From assembly GCA_964356785.1 (NCBI GenBank), contig CAYHIS010000001.1, positions 208,998 to 272,997 of the forward strand: 64,000 bases of DNA, read 5' to 3'. The position numbers and the translations under genes are program-made. Shown here piece after piece: positions 1-10,396 of this stretch. Under the pieces are notes generated by a model that ran no database searches, had not been told where the DNA came from, and was given only the letters and a program-made list of their open reading frames with translations. Position 1 is the first letter of the stretch. Each line of letters opens with the position of its first letter. The DNA is from an uncultured Rickettsiales bacterium (lineage in GTDB: Bacteria; Pseudomonadota; Alphaproteobacteria; Rickettsiales; CANDYO01).

Positions 1-2
1 AT

Positions 3-1994
3 GCTTATTATGATCCTAATCATGAAAGTATATGGACGAAATTTGGTTGGATAAAGCCAAATAATAAAATGCTTACTGTTAACTCTAATAAAATAGAAGA
101 AATTGATGTTTCTGTCCGCACTTTTTTAAGCAAAACACCTTTTTTTCTTGGGAAGCTTCAGTTTTCTAGTCCAACCATTGGAATTTTAAGTAAACAATGG
201 ATTTTACCTGTGGGAGTTGGAATTGCTAATAAAGAAGAGAAATTTCTTGGCACTATAAATACAGGGTTTAATCTAGAGAAACTAACAAATAAACTTGAAT
301 TGATTTTTACTAATAAAGATTTAATTTTTATGCTTATCAGTGAAGATATGAAATTTATTTTGGCTTCAGATAATGTAGGTTTTTCTTATTTTAATAATTT
401 ACCACCAGAAAATTTTATTCATAGGTTAAAAGATTCTATAGATTATACTAATAAAGTTTCTGGAGCGCTTCACACCCCTATAGATCTCAATCATCTGCAT
501 TTTTCTTATTTTAAGCATTCAGAACATTATCCATTCTATTTTATAGTAGGAGAGGATATTAGAAAAGCTAATGAAGAATATTGGCAGATAACTTTTCCTA
601 GAATTGCTGAACTATCTCTTATGGGGTTATTATTCATAATTTTACTTTTTTATTTTCGACAATTGATCGTAAAGCCTATAATTTTATTGTCGAATTCGGC
701 TAGAAGCATAGCTCAAGGAGATCCAAATCCAACTATTTATTATGGGCAATATCAAGAGGTGAATTTACTTGCAGACCAATTAAAAGAAATACAAGATACT
801 AAAGTTGAACTTATTAAGGCCAAAGATACGGTAGATTTGGCTAATAAAAACTTAGAGCATAAAGTAAAAGAGAGAACTTCAGAGCTAGAAAAGGCTTTGG
901 CAATAAAGGATGAATTTTTAAATAGTATTAGTCATGAAGTTAGAACTCCTGTTCAAGGTATAACTTCAATTTCTCAAGGATTGATAGAGGGCTGGGATAA
1001 TCACACAGAGAAGCAAAAATTTGCTCTTGCAACTGCTGTGGCCAATAATAGCCAAAGACTATTCTCTCTGGTTTCTAATTTACTAGATCTTACAATATTT
1101 AACGATAATAAAATGTTTTTTAATATGCAAAAAACAGATTTGGTTTCTCTAATAAAGGATATTATTAAAGAATGTGAAGCTCTTTATTTAATAAATAAAA
1201 AAATAAAAATAAGACTAACCTCCCAACTTGAAGAGGCTATGCTTGAAGTTGATGCTGAAAAAATAGTTCAAGTGTTTCGCAATCTATTAACTAATTCCAT
1301 AAAATTTATGAAGAATGGGAGTATATCAATAGATATCGAAAAAACGGATGGATTCTTCAAAATTAGCATAGCAGATGAAGGCGTGGGTATACCAGAAGAA
1401 GATATAGAGAAAATCTTCAAACCCTTTATTCAAAGCGATAGAACAAAGGAAAAATTTTCAGGAGCCGGCCTAGGTCTCGCTATATGTAAAAAAATAATAG
1501 AAGGTCACAAAGGGATTATTTGGGCTAAGAATAATAAAGATAAAGGAGTTACCGTAAGCTTTTCTTTACCAATAAATTATAATAAGTCGCATGTTATTAA
1601 AAATAACTTACCCCCTAACAAAGGAGTCACTATTTTAATGATTGATGACGAAACAACTTGTCAAATGAGTATGGATATATTGCTTAGTAATACAAGTCAC
1701 AAATTAGCAGCAGCTTACAGTGGAACAGATGGTTTAAATTATTTACTAGAGAATCCTTCAGAAGTAGACTTGATCTTCCTTGATTTAATGATGCCAGACA
1801 TACATGGATTAGAAGTTCTTTCAGAAATTAAAGCTAACCCTATTACTAGTCATATACCTGTCATTCTACAAAGCGGTACTAATGACTCAAATGAAATAGA
1901 AAAAGGCCTGAGAATGGGGGCCAAAGCCTATATCCGCAAACCATATCATAAACAACAAATAATCATGGCAATAAAGGATGCTTTAGAGGGGTAG
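3..1994 (+). CDS. hybrid sensor histidine kinase / response regulator (5' end lies outside the window)
   Basis: The frame is open from position 3 (AYYDPNHESIWTKFGWIKPNNK precedes the tracked Met at 69), so the N-terminus is probably upstream of the window. Has a TM segment (LMGLLFIILLFYF), H-box SHEVRTPV, N-box NLLTNSIKF, G1 DEGVGI, G2 GAGLGL and a C-terminal receiver domain with DLMMPD. Paralogous to 19104-21515. Confidence 0.85.
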   Translation, partial: AYYDPNHESIWTKFGWIKPNNKMLTVNSNKIEEIDVSVRTFLSKTPFFLGKLQFSSPTIGILSKQWILPVGVGIANKEEKFLGTINTGFNLEKLTNKLELIFTNKDLIFMLISEDMKFILASDNVGFSYFNNLPPENFIHRLKDSIDYTNKVSGALHTPIDLNHLHFSYFKHSEHYPFYFIVGEDIRKANEEYWQITFPRIAELSLMGLLFIILLFYFRQLIVKPIILLSNSARSIAQGDPNPTIYYGQYQEVNLLADQLKEIQDTKVELIKAKDTVDLANKNLEHKVKERTSELEKALAIKDEFLNSISHEVRTPVQGITSISQGLIEGWDNHTEKQKFALATAVANNSQRLFSLVSNLLDLTIFNDNKMFFNMQKTDLVSLIKDIIKECEALYLINKKIKIRLTSQLEEAMLEVDAEKIVQVFRNLLTNSIKFMKNGSISIDIEKTDGFFKISIADEGVGIPEEDIEKIFKPFIQSDRTKEKFSGAGLGLAICKKIIEGHKGIIWAKNNKDKGVTVSFSLPINYNKSHVIKNNLPPNKGVTILMIDDETTCQMSMDILLSNTSHKLAAAYSGTDGLNYLLENPSEVDLIFLDLMMPDIHGLEVLSEIKANPITSHIPVILQSGTNDSNEIEKGLRMGAKAYIRKPYHKQQIIMAIKDALEG

Positions 1995-2032
1995 TAATTT
2001 ATTTTCAACCCCTGTATTCATCATGATTATTA

Positions 2033-2311
2033 TCATGAGACAAAATTCTTAATTGTAATATTGCTGGCAAAGTCTCTGTTTTTCCATAAGTCATATTGTT
2101 GTTGCATATTTAACCAACTTTCTGGACTAGTATTAAAAGCTTTTGAAAGTCTCATAGACATTTCTACGCTAACTCTATAATGTCCATTTATAACTTCAGA
2201 TAATGATTTTCTTGTAATGCCAAGACCCTTCGCAGCAGCAGTAATGGATAATCCTAGAGGGTCTAAATATAACTCTTTAAGAATTTCTCCTGGATGAGCT
2301 GGATTATACAT
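2033..2311 (-). CDS. higA: HigA-family (VapI-like) XRE HTH antitoxin, orphan
   Basis: 92 aa. PAHPGEILKE at the N-terminus, an HTH core (LSITAAAKGLGITRKSLSEVING) and a WLNMQQQYDLW tail are the HigA/VapI pattern. GAGG lies a few nt upstream of the ATG. No HigB/RelE-like ORF is adjacent. Confidence 0.75.
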   Translation of the reverse strand: MYNPAHPGEILKELYLDPLGLSITAAAKGLGITRKSLSEVINGHYRVSVEMSMRLSKAFNTSPESWLNMQQQYDLWKNRDFASNITIKNFVS

Positions 2312-2355
2312 ATATACCTCGTATCTGGTAAGGGCTGGTTCTCTTTCAGATTTAT

Positions 2356-3147
2356 TTAAATAAATCTTTCTTTATTAGAAGTAGGAGATGCTATAGGTGT
2401 TACAGGCGGTGTAGGCGGAGCAGATTTGCTATCAACATCAATCATTAAAGGTTCTTTAGTTTTAAATGCGGCGAGATTTTTATTTTTTTTCCAAGCGTTC
2501 TTTATTTCTTGGCCTTTTTTTATTAACTTATCTGCTGGTAAATCTTTTAAAGTTTCATAATTTTCTTTTACATATTTACCGACGGTTATTATCAAATCAG
2601 GAGATATTCGTCCATACTTATCTACAATATTAGAGCTTAAAGAGCTGCCAAACATAGAGTTGCTTTTAACTAGTCCTGAAATTATATTTGCTGTTATTTC
2701 ATGAAATTTTTCTTGGTCTTGAATAGGTGAATCTGTAGTTAATGTTGCAAGCTGTGTTGCAATCCCAGCAGCGGTTGCTGAGTTAGTTTTTAATAATGGA
2801 TTTTGGTTTAATTTTTCTATTAAGATTTCGGTATTAAATAAACTGCTAGATAAAGAATATTTGGATTTATCAAGGTTTTTAAAGTTATCTAAAGCGTCGT
2901 TTATGTTATCTGGCTTGAAGCTATTTTGTAATCTCTTCATGCTGTTAATAAATTGATTAACTCCTTCGAGTTCTTTTCCGTTAATTATTATTTTTCCTGT
3001 TTGATTTTGATCAAGTTGATTTATAAAAGCTTGTTGCATATCTTCACTAAGCATATTCCAGCATTCAGTGATTAGTTCTTGTTTTTGATCAGATGAATAA
3101 CCATTTTCTTCTTGAACTTGGTTTAAAAGTTTTTCAGGTAAATCCAT
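2356..3147 (-). CDS. hypothetical protein (no recognisable domain), immediately upstream of higA
   Basis: 263-aa ORF on the same strand as higA, 44 nt upstream of it. Pro/Thr-rich tail SAPPTPPVTPIASPTS. No signal peptide or TM segment seen. Confidence 0.55.
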   Translation of the reverse strand: MDLPEKLLNQVQEENGYSSDQKQELITECWNMLSEDMQQAFINQLDQNQTGKIIINGKELEGVNQFINSMKRLQNSFKPDNINDALDNFKNLDKSKYSLSSSLFNTEILIEKLNQNPLLKTNSATAAGIATQLATLTTDSPIQDQEKFHEITANIISGLVKSNSMFGSSLSSNIVDKYGRISPDLIITVGKYVKENYETLKDLPADKLIKKGQEIKNAWKKNKNLAAFKTKEPLMIDVDSKSAPPTPPVTPIASPTSNKERFI

Positions 3148-3172
3148 TTATAATTACTCCTTTTTATAAACG

Positions 3173-3706
3173 TTATAAACTCGATATTTTTGCTATTATA
3201 TCATCCACTATTAACATATGCGGTCCATCTCCACTATTAACACAAATATCGGCTTCTTGATAAACGGGATAGCGCTCCAAAATTAACTGCTCAACCAAAT
3301 CAGCTTTGTTATCTGCATTAAGAGTTGGTCTAGTGTTGCGCCGTGAAACTCTTTCTAAAATGGTAGTGTAATCAGCCTTAAGCCAGATAGAGATAGATTT
3401 TTCTTTTATTAGCTTTCTATTGACCTCGTCAATAAACACTCCGCCACCTGTTGAGATTACACAATTGGTAAGATTTAGTAGTTCATCTACTACTTGGCGT
3501 TCCTTTTCGCGAAAAAAATCTTCTCCGGCATATTTAAAAATATCTTCCATTGAGCATCCAGCGACTTCTTGAACTAGATTATCAGTGTCATAGAATGAAA
3601 CGCGCAGCTTTCTGGCGAGCCTAGTCCCTACCGTGGACTTGCCGGCGCCCATCATACCAACCAGCACGATAGGTTTATTTATTGGAATAAGATTAGCATA
3701 TGCCAT
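3173..3706 (-). CDS. aroK: shikimate kinase
   Basis: 177 aa. Walker A GMMGAGKST and collinear shikimate-kinase layout (DTD, GGG, R-rich lid). Confidence 0.9.
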   Translation of the reverse strand: MAYANLIPINKPIVLVGMMGAGKSTVGTRLARKLRVSFYDTDNLVQEVAGCSMEDIFKYAGEDFFREKERQVVDELLNLTNCVISTGGGVFIDEVNRKLIKEKSISIWLKADYTTILERVSRRNTRPTLNADNKADLVEQLILERYPVYQEADICVNSGDGPHMLIVDDIIAKISSL

Positions 3707-3788
3707 AAAAATTATTAATTTAACTATAAAATTACTTTCAAACCAGTATACTCAAGTTTGACGGAAAAACAATTTAAAAAATATTTTA

Positions 3789-4424
3789 ATGAAAATATTA
3801 TCTTTTGATACAAGCAACAATCTAGCTTCGGTTTCTATCTCTTTAGATGCTCAAATAATAGCTTATGAATCAACAAAACAAGATTCACAACAAGCAGAGC
3901 AATTATTCAACTTAATTAATGAAAGTTTAAAACAAGCTAAAATTTCTCTTAATGATATAGATTTAGTTAGTATAACAAATGGCCCTGGAAGTTTTACAGG
4001 AGTTAGAATCGCTTTAGCGGCCGCACTTGGAATGGAGTTAACTTTAAAAGCAAAATTTATAGCAATAACAAATTTTCAAGCATTAGCTTATTACGTGAGG
4101 GAGCAAAGTCAAACCAAGAAAATAGCTACTATTTTAGATGCTAGACGTAACCAAGTTTACTTTCAACTATTTAATTCGGATCTTAAAGAGGTTTCAGAGC
4201 CTAAGTTATTAGATATCGAAAATCTATTGAATTATATGCCAAAAAATTGTATCGCTATCGGAGATGGGATAAAATTTCTGCCAGAATTTGAAGAGAAATT
4301 TAATTTTAATGTTAATGCTAAAATTTTAGTGCAAGCAAGCAATTTTTATTTTAAAAATAAATTATATCATGAATTAGAACCTTTATATATTCGTGAACCT
4401 GAAGTTTCTATGCCAAAAAAGTAA
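3789..4424 (+). CDS. tsaB: tRNA t6A biosynthesis protein TsaB (YeaZ)
   Basis: 211 aa. MKILSFDTS start and the GPGSFTGVRI motif are typical of TsaB/YeaZ. Confidence 0.85.
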   Translation: MKILSFDTSNNLASVSISLDAQIIAYESTKQDSQQAEQLFNLINESLKQAKISLNDIDLVSITNGPGSFTGVRIALAAALGMELTLKAKFIAITNFQALAYYVREQSQTKKIATILDARRNQVYFQLFNSDLKEVSEPKLLDIENLLNYMPKNCIAIGDGIKFLPEFEEKFNFNVNAKILVQASNFYFKNKLYHELEPLYIREPEVSMPKK

Positions 4425-4429
4425 TTTTT

Positions 4430-6241
4430 ATGACTTTACCATTGTTTTATATAAAAGATCTTTCCTTAACAATTGTCGATAAGCCTTTGTTTACAAATAT
4501 ATCTGCGAAAATTCATGCTAAAGATAGAATCTGTTTAGTTGGAAAAAATGGCAGTGGAAAATCAACGCTTCTAAAAATAATGGCAGGAGAAATAGAAGCA
4601 GATAAGGGAGAAATATATCATCATCCAGGAATAAAAATAGGCCTACTTGCGCAGCAGCCTTTGTTTAAAGAGGATATGAAAGTATATGATTATGTTCTGC
4701 AAAATATTACTACCGAAGTAACTAGACAAGAAAAATCTTATCTTGCTGATATAATTTTAGAAAAACTTCAACTTTCTGGGGATAAATATTTAAGTAAATT
4801 ATCAGGGGGAAAATTAAGACGAGCTGATTTAGCTAGAGTATTAATAACAGAGCCTGATCTTTTATTTTTAGATGAGCCAACAAATCATCTAGACATCAGC
4901 TCCATTGAATGGTTAGAGGATTATTTAAATAATTTTTCTGGTGGAGTAATTTTAGTAAGCCATGATAGAGCTTTTTTGCGTAATATTTCTAATAAAACTA
5001 TTTGGCTTGATCGAGGTAACCTTATTGCCAATAACAAAGGATACAGTGATTTTGATAGATGGAGTGAGGAAATATTTGAAAAAGAAACAAAAATGCTCTC
5101 AAAGTTAGGTAAAGAACTTGATAAAGAAAATTTATGGCTTGCGCAAGGTGTTACAGCAAGAAGAAAAAGAAATCAACAAAGATTATCTAAATTATATGAA
5201 TTAAGATCAAAATTAAAAAACGAAAAGTCTAGATTTAATAAAATAGATTCTAATATAAAATTAGATCTTCTTTCTCCGCTCAATAAATCTAAGCTACTGC
5301 TTGAAATAGAAAATGTAGCCTTTAAATTTACAGATATGGATCCTCCAAAAGAAGTTTTTAAACCTTTCTCTTTGCATGTCATGAAGGGAGAGACAATAGG
5401 CGTAATGGGGCGTAATGGAGCTGGTAAGTCAACTTTAGTAAAACTAATTACAGGCAAACTTAATCCAACGGAAGGAAGTATAAAATTTGGAGCAAATTTG
5501 GAATATAGTTATTTAGATCAGTCTAGAAGTGAAATAGATCATGAAAAAACTTTATGGGAGACCCTATGCCCTAATGGAGGAGATACGGTCTTTATTGGTG
5601 ATAAGCCTAAGCATGTAGTGGCTTATTTGAAAGACTTCCTTTTTGATAGTAAACAAGCAAATAGTAAAACCTCTACTCTTTCTGGAGGAGAGCAAAATCG
5701 ATTGCTTTTAGCAAAGTTATTATTAAATCCTGGGAATTTTCTGATATTGGATGAGCCAACAAATGATTTAGACATAGACACTCTAGATATGTTAGTAGAA
5801 ATTCTAAGTGAGTATAAAGGAAGCTTGCTTATAGTAAGTCATGATAGAGATTTTATAGATAGGTTAGCTACTCGCATTATAATAATAGACCAGCCTAATG
5901 TTTATGATCATGTTGGTGGATATTATGATTATATTTCAGCAGAAAAGCCTATGAAATCTAAGATCCAGAAGAGTGACGTAGTTAGAGAAGCTTCAAAAGA
6001 GATAAAGAAATTATCATATAAAGAAGAATATGAGTTATCTCTACTTCCTGAAAAAATTGATAATCTAACTAGTTTAATAAATAAATTAGAAGCTGAATTA
6101 AACAATAGCAATCTTTATAATGAAGATATATATAAATTTCATGAGATTAGCAATAATTTAAACAAGAAACATAAAGAATTAAATCAAGCTGAAACGAGGT
6201 GGCTTGAGTTGGAAGCAAAGAAAATAGCCTTATTAACTTAA
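4430..6241 (+). CDS. ABC-F family ATPase (Uup-like, soluble)
   Basis: Two ABC cassettes (GKNGSGKST and GRNGAGKST, each with an LSGG signature), no TM segments, and a C-terminal coiled-coil tail. Confidence 0.85.
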   Translation: MTLPLFYIKDLSLTIVDKPLFTNISAKIHAKDRICLVGKNGSGKSTLLKIMAGEIEADKGEIYHHPGIKIGLLAQQPLFKEDMKVYDYVLQNITTEVTRQEKSYLADIILEKLQLSGDKYLSKLSGGKLRRADLARVLITEPDLLFLDEPTNHLDISSIEWLEDYLNNFSGGVILVSHDRAFLRNISNKTIWLDRGNLIANNKGYSDFDRWSEEIFEKETKMLSKLGKELDKENLWLAQGVTARRKRNQQRLSKLYELRSKLKNEKSRFNKIDSNIKLDLLSPLNKSKLLLEIENVAFKFTDMDPPKEVFKPFSLHVMKGETIGVMGRNGAGKSTLVKLITGKLNPTEGSIKFGANLEYSYLDQSRSEIDHEKTLWETLCPNGGDTVFIGDKPKHVVAYLKDFLFDSKQANSKTSTLSGGEQNRLLLAKLLLNPGNFLILDEPTNDLDIDTLDMLVEILSEYKGSLLIVSHDRDFIDRLATRIIIIDQPNVYDHVGGYYDYISAEKPMKSKIQKSDVVREASKEIKKLSYKEEYELSLLPEKIDNLTSLINKLEAELNNSNLYNEDIYKFHEISNNLNKKHKELNQAETRWLELEAKKIALLT

Positions 6242-6272
6242 ACTCAGTTATTAGCTTAGAAGATTTATTTCT

Positions 6273-6995
6273 TTAAAGAGATTTTACTCTTATAAAGAGT
6301 CTATCTTTGTTGAAAGCAAATATCCATCTCCATATATAGATAATTGACTCGGGATTTGAAAAAATTATTTCCTCTGCTTTACCAATTAATTTTTTATATG
6401 GAACAAAACCTATAGGATATTCACCAAATCTACTGTCAGTAGAATGATCGCGATTATCGCCTAAGAAAAAATAATGCCCTTCTGGAACTTTATAAACTTG
6501 AGTGTTACTCCAGGAGCCATATGTATTTTCTTGCGCTATATAATATGAAACTCCATTAGGTAAAGTTTCTTTATATCTTTGGAGAACCGATCCATCCGTG
6601 TCAGTGAAGGTTCCCTCTTCCTTCCTATCCGCAGGAGTTCCATTAATATAAACAACTCCATTGATTAATTGAATTTCATCACCAGGCATTCCAATAAGCC
6701 TTTTAATATAATTCGTCCAACGTTCATGAGGAGACTTAAAAACAATAACATCTCCTCTTTGAGGCTTATCCAGAACCAATATTCTTCCATCTATTAAAGG
6801 AGGGTCTAGTGGAAAGGATGAGTTGCTAATCCCATATTTATATTTAGATACAAATAAATAATCTCCTACTAAAAAATTTGGTTTCATTGATCCAGTGGGA
6901 ATACTATATGGTTCAAAAACTATAGTTCTTATAAGCAGCGCAATTAATACCGCATAGAAGAAAGATAGAAAAGTCTTGAATTTACTTTTTGTCAT
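6273..6995 (-). CDS. lepB: signal peptidase I
   Basis: N-terminal TM segment, catalytic-Ser box GSMKPN, IKRLIG, and GDNRDHSTDSRF box. Confidence 0.92.
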   Translation of the reverse strand: MTKSKFKTFLSFFYAVLIALLIRTIVFEPYSIPTGSMKPNFLVGDYLFVSKYKYGISNSSFPLDPPLIDGRILVLDKPQRGDVIVFKSPHERWTNYIKRLIGMPGDEIQLINGVVYINGTPADRKEEGTFTDTDGSVLQRYKETLPNGVSYYIAQENTYGSWSNTQVYKVPEGHYFFLGDNRDHSTDSRFGEYPIGFVPYKKLIGKAEEIIFSNPESIIYIWRWIFAFNKDRLFIRVKSL

Positions 6996-8524
6996 AGTTT
7001 ATCCTTTATTAATGCATTACCCGTCATTTCTTTTGGCTTATCTATATTCATTAACTTTAAAACTAAAGGAGCTATATCACTTAAAGTTCCTTTATCTAAT
7101 TTTATTTTGCTTTTATATAAGTCATTTGCTACAAGCACTAATGGCACTGGGTTTAATGTGTGAGATGTGTGGGGTGTGTTGTTTGCTTCATCAAACATAT
7201 ATTCCACATTTCCATGGTCAGCTGTAATAATCAAAAAACCATTTTCATCATTTACTGCTTTAGAAATTCTTTCTATAGCTATATCTAATGTTTTTACCGC
7301 CTCAATGGCAGCTTTCATATTACCAGAGTGACCGACCATATCCCCATTAGCGTAATTTACAACAATGAAATCATACTTTTTAGACTTAATGGCATCTATA
7401 AGCCTATCTGTAACCTCATTTGTAGACATTTCTGGTTTCAAATCATAAGTATCAACATCAGGAGAGGGGATTAGAACTCTCTCCTCTCCAAGATATAAAT
7501 CTTCGGCTCCACCATTAAAAAAGAAAGTTACATGGGCATATTTTTCTGTTTCTGCTATTCTAAGCTGAGTTTTATTATTATTGCTTAATATTTCTCCTAA
7601 AGAATTTTGTATGGTTTGTTTAGGAAATAAACAAATAAGTTCTTCATTCAACTCTTCTGAATATCCAGTCATGCCAATTTTGAAGGCTAATTTGGGTTTA
7701 AATTTCAAGATTTTTTTAGCTATTTGAATAATCCTATCAGAACGGAAATTTGTAAAAATAATCGAATCATTTTCATTAATTCCAGCATAATCTCTAAACA
7801 CTCTGGGAGGAATAAATTCATCAGAAATTTCTAAAGCATATTGATCATTTAAGAATTCTTGCCAATTATTGATCTTCTCTCCATCTCCAAAACAAATAGC
7901 ATTTTTAGATGCTTCAGTGCGCTGCAATCTATTGTCTCTATCCATTGCATAAAATCTTCCAGCAATAGTGGCTATTTTTATATTAGGATATTTAGATGTT
8001 AATTCATCTATCATGGATAAATATTTTTTGGCAGACTTTGGAGGAGTATCCCTGCCATCAAGAAATAAATGCAATTTAACAGCGATTTCGGCTTTAGCTA
8101 ATAATTCGCTTAAAAAAATAAGATGATTAATATGCGCATGAACGCCACCATCTGAACATAGTCCCAATAAATGTACTGACTTTTTTGATTTTATATGAGT
8201 GGCTATTAGGTTCTTAATTTCTGAATTATTAGCAAGACTTCCATCTTCAATAGCTTGAGAAATTCTTACAAAATCCTGAAATATTATCCTACCACTTCCT
8301 ATGGTCATATGACCGACTTCGGAATTTCCCATCTGTCCTTCTGGTAAGCCCACTGCTATGCCAGACGTTTTTAATTCTGTATTAGGATAGTTTTCTAATA
8401 AATATTTCCAGAATTTTGGATTGGCCTGTGAAATGGCATCATATTTAGAATTTTTAGGTTCACTGATTCCAAAACCATCTAAAATACACAATATTATTGG
8501 GTGATAATTATTTCCAATGCTCAT
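6992..8524 (-). CDS. gpmI: 2,3-bisphosphoglycerate-independent phosphoglycerate mutase
   Basis: 510 aa. ILDGFG, GNSEVGH and ADHGN motifs, collinear with iPGM. Confidence 0.92.
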   Translation of the reverse strand: MSIGNNYHPIILCILDGFGISEPKNSKYDAISQANPKFWKYLLENYPNTELKTSGIAVGLPEGQMGNSEVGHMTIGSGRIIFQDFVRISQAIEDGSLANNSEIKNLIATHIKSKKSVHLLGLCSDGGVHAHINHLIFLSELLAKAEIAVKLHLFLDGRDTPPKSAKKYLSMIDELTSKYPNIKIATIAGRFYAMDRDNRLQRTEASKNAICFGDGEKINNWQEFLNDQYALEISDEFIPPRVFRDYAGINENDSIIFTNFRSDRIIQIAKKILKFKPKLAFKIGMTGYSEELNEELICLFPKQTIQNSLGEILSNNNKTQLRIAETEKYAHVTFFFNGGAEDLYLGEERVLIPSPDVDTYDLKPEMSTNEVTDRLIDAIKSKKYDFIVVNYANGDMVGHSGNMKAAIEAVKTLDIAIERISKAVNDENGFLIITADHGNVEYMFDEANNTPHTSHTLNPVPLVLVANDLYKSKIKLDKGTLSDIAPLVLKLMNIDKPKEMTGNALIKDKL

Positions 8525-8541
8525 AAGATTTTTTCTAAAGA

Positions 8542-9279
8542 TTAAATCATTGCCATGCCACCATTGACATGGATGGTTTGTCCGGTAATATATTCTGCTT
8601 CACTGCTTGCAAGAAACACTACAGCATTAGCAATATCATCAGGGTTACCCAATCTACCTGTAGGAATTTTTTTTAGCAATTCTTCTTGTAGCTCAGGCTT
8701 AAGCTTATCTGTCATTGGAGTTGCTACAAACCCAGGAGCAACGCAATTCACGGTAACACCTCTGGTTGCCACTTCTAAAGCTAGGCTTTTAGACATAGCC
8801 ACCATACCAGCCTTTGCAGCTGTATAATTTGCTTGCCCTAAGTTACCAGTAAAACCAACAATAGAAGAAATATTTATTATTCTACCATATTTATGTTTAA
8901 TCATTTTTTTAATAACAGCTTTATTTAAAACAAAAGTAGATCTTAAATTGATGCGCATTACAGCATCAAAATCCTCTACATTCATTCTAAGAGATAGATT
9001 GTCTCTAGTAACGCCGGCATTGCAAACCAATATATCTAAGCGATCATGCAATTCATGAGCCTGATCAATTAGACCGTTTACTGAATCATCATCATTTAAA
9101 TTACAAGTGATAATTTTTACTCTCTCACTCAGCTCTAAAGCTAATCCTTCTAGAACTTGTTCATTGGTTCCAGAAATTATTACAAAAGCCCCTTGGCTAT
9201 GTAATTTTCTTGCAATCGCTCCACCAATTCCACCTGAAGCACCAGTTACTAAAGCAACTTTCCCTGTTAAATCTAACAT
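8542..9279 (-). CDS. fabG: 3-oxoacyl-ACP reductase
   Basis: SDR motifs TGASGGIG, NAG and YTAAKAG. 245 aa, with the typical FabG C-terminus GQTIHVNGGMAMI. Confidence 0.9.
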   Translation of the reverse strand: MLDLTGKVALVTGASGGIGGAIARKLHSQGAFVIISGTNEQVLEGLALELSERVKIITCNLNDDDSVNGLIDQAHELHDRLDILVCNAGVTRDNLSLRMNVEDFDAVMRINLRSTFVLNKAVIKKMIKHKYGRIINISSIVGFTGNLGQANYTAAKAGMVAMSKSLALEVATRGVTVNCVAPGFVATPMTDKLKPELQEELLKKIPTGRLGNPDDIANAVVFLASSEAEYITGQTIHVNGGMAMI

Positions 9280-9292
9280 AAATACTCCTTTT

Positions 9293-10333
9293 CTAATCTA
9301 TATTATTATGATCAGCTTCAGTCATTGCTTCTGCAATGAAGCCACCATCTACAGTTTCAGATAATGTGCGTAATTTCTTTTCAATGTCATCAGCAATGTT
9401 AGGATTGGTTTTTAAAAATAGCTTCGCATTCTCTCTTCCTTGACCAATTCTTTCATTATTATACGAATACCAAGAGCCTGATTTTTCAACGATCTCAGCC
9501 TTTACACCTAAATCAATAAGTTCACCAGTTTTAGAAATACCATCTCCATACATAATATCAAAATCTGCTGTTTTAAATGGAGGTGAAACTTTATTTTTGA
9601 CAACTTTAACTTTAGTTTGATTGCCAACCACTTCTTCTTTATCTTTAATTGATCCAGTCCTTCTAATATCTAATCTTACAGAAGCATAAAACTTGAGAGC
9701 ATTTCCGCCTGTTGTAGTTTCAGGGCTTCCAAACATTACACCAATTTTCATTCTTATTTGATTAATAAAAATAATCATACAATTTGTTTTAGAAATTGAC
9801 CCTGTTAATTTACGTAATGCTTGACTCATTAGTCTTGCTTGCAGGCCCATGTGTGAATCACCCATTTCACCTTCAATTTCAGCTTTAGGAACTAATGCGG
9901 CCACGCTATCTATAACTAAAACATCAATAGCACCTGATCTTACCAATGTATCTGCGATTTCTAGAGCCTGCTCACCTGTATCTGGTTGAGAAAGAATTAA
10001 TTCATCAATATTAACACCAAGTTTTCTAGCATATATTGGATCTAACGCATGTTCAGCATCAACGAAAGCGCAAGTGCCGCCTTTTTTTTGGGCTTCTGCT
10101 ATTACTTGAAGCGTAAGTGTGGTTTTACCAGAGCTTTCAGGGCCAAATATCTCGATTATTCTTCCTTTTGGTAAACCGCCAATTCCAAGCGCTAAATCTA
10201 AGCCTATTGAACCAGTGGAGATGGATTCAATTTCTATATTAGGACGTTGACCTAATTTCCAAATAGAACCTTTTCCATAGGCTTTTTCAATTTGACTTAG
10301 CGCAGTATCAAGAGCTTTTGTTCTATCTAACAT
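9293..10333 (-). CDS. recA: recombinase RecA
   Basis: Walker [10 protein letters not shown]. Full-length collinearity with RecA ([25 protein letters not shown]). Confidence 0.97.
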   Translation of the reverse strand: MLDRTKALDTALSQIEKAYGKGSIWKLGQRPNIEIESISTGSIGLDLALGIGGLPKGRIIEIFGPESSGKTTLTLQVIAEAQKKGGTCAFVDAEHALDPIYARKLGVNIDELILSQPDTGEQALEIADTLVRSGAIDVLVIDSVAALVPKAEIEGEMGDSHMGLQARLMSQALRKLTGSISKTNCMIIFINQIRMKIGVMFGSPETTTGGNALKFYASVRLDIRRTGSIKDKEEVVGNQTKVKVVKNKVSPPFKTADFDIMYGDGISKTGELIDLGVKAEIVEKSGSWYSYNNERIGQGRENAKLFLKTNPNIADDIEKKLRTLSETVDGGFIAEAMTEADHNNID

Positions 10334-10396
10334 TTTATTTTCCTATTAATTAATTTAAGACAGATTAAAGGTAAGCAAGAAATATGTCAACAACTA

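Noticed and set aside
5173-9364. Short tracked ORFs nested antisense or out of frame in the ABC-F gene, lepB/gpmI, fabG and recA (5173-5457, 5929-6111, 6976-7227, 8555-8827, 9107-9364).
   Set aside because: All lie inside or across well-supported conserved genes. They have low-complexity or hydrophobic junk-like translations and no ribosome-binding context.
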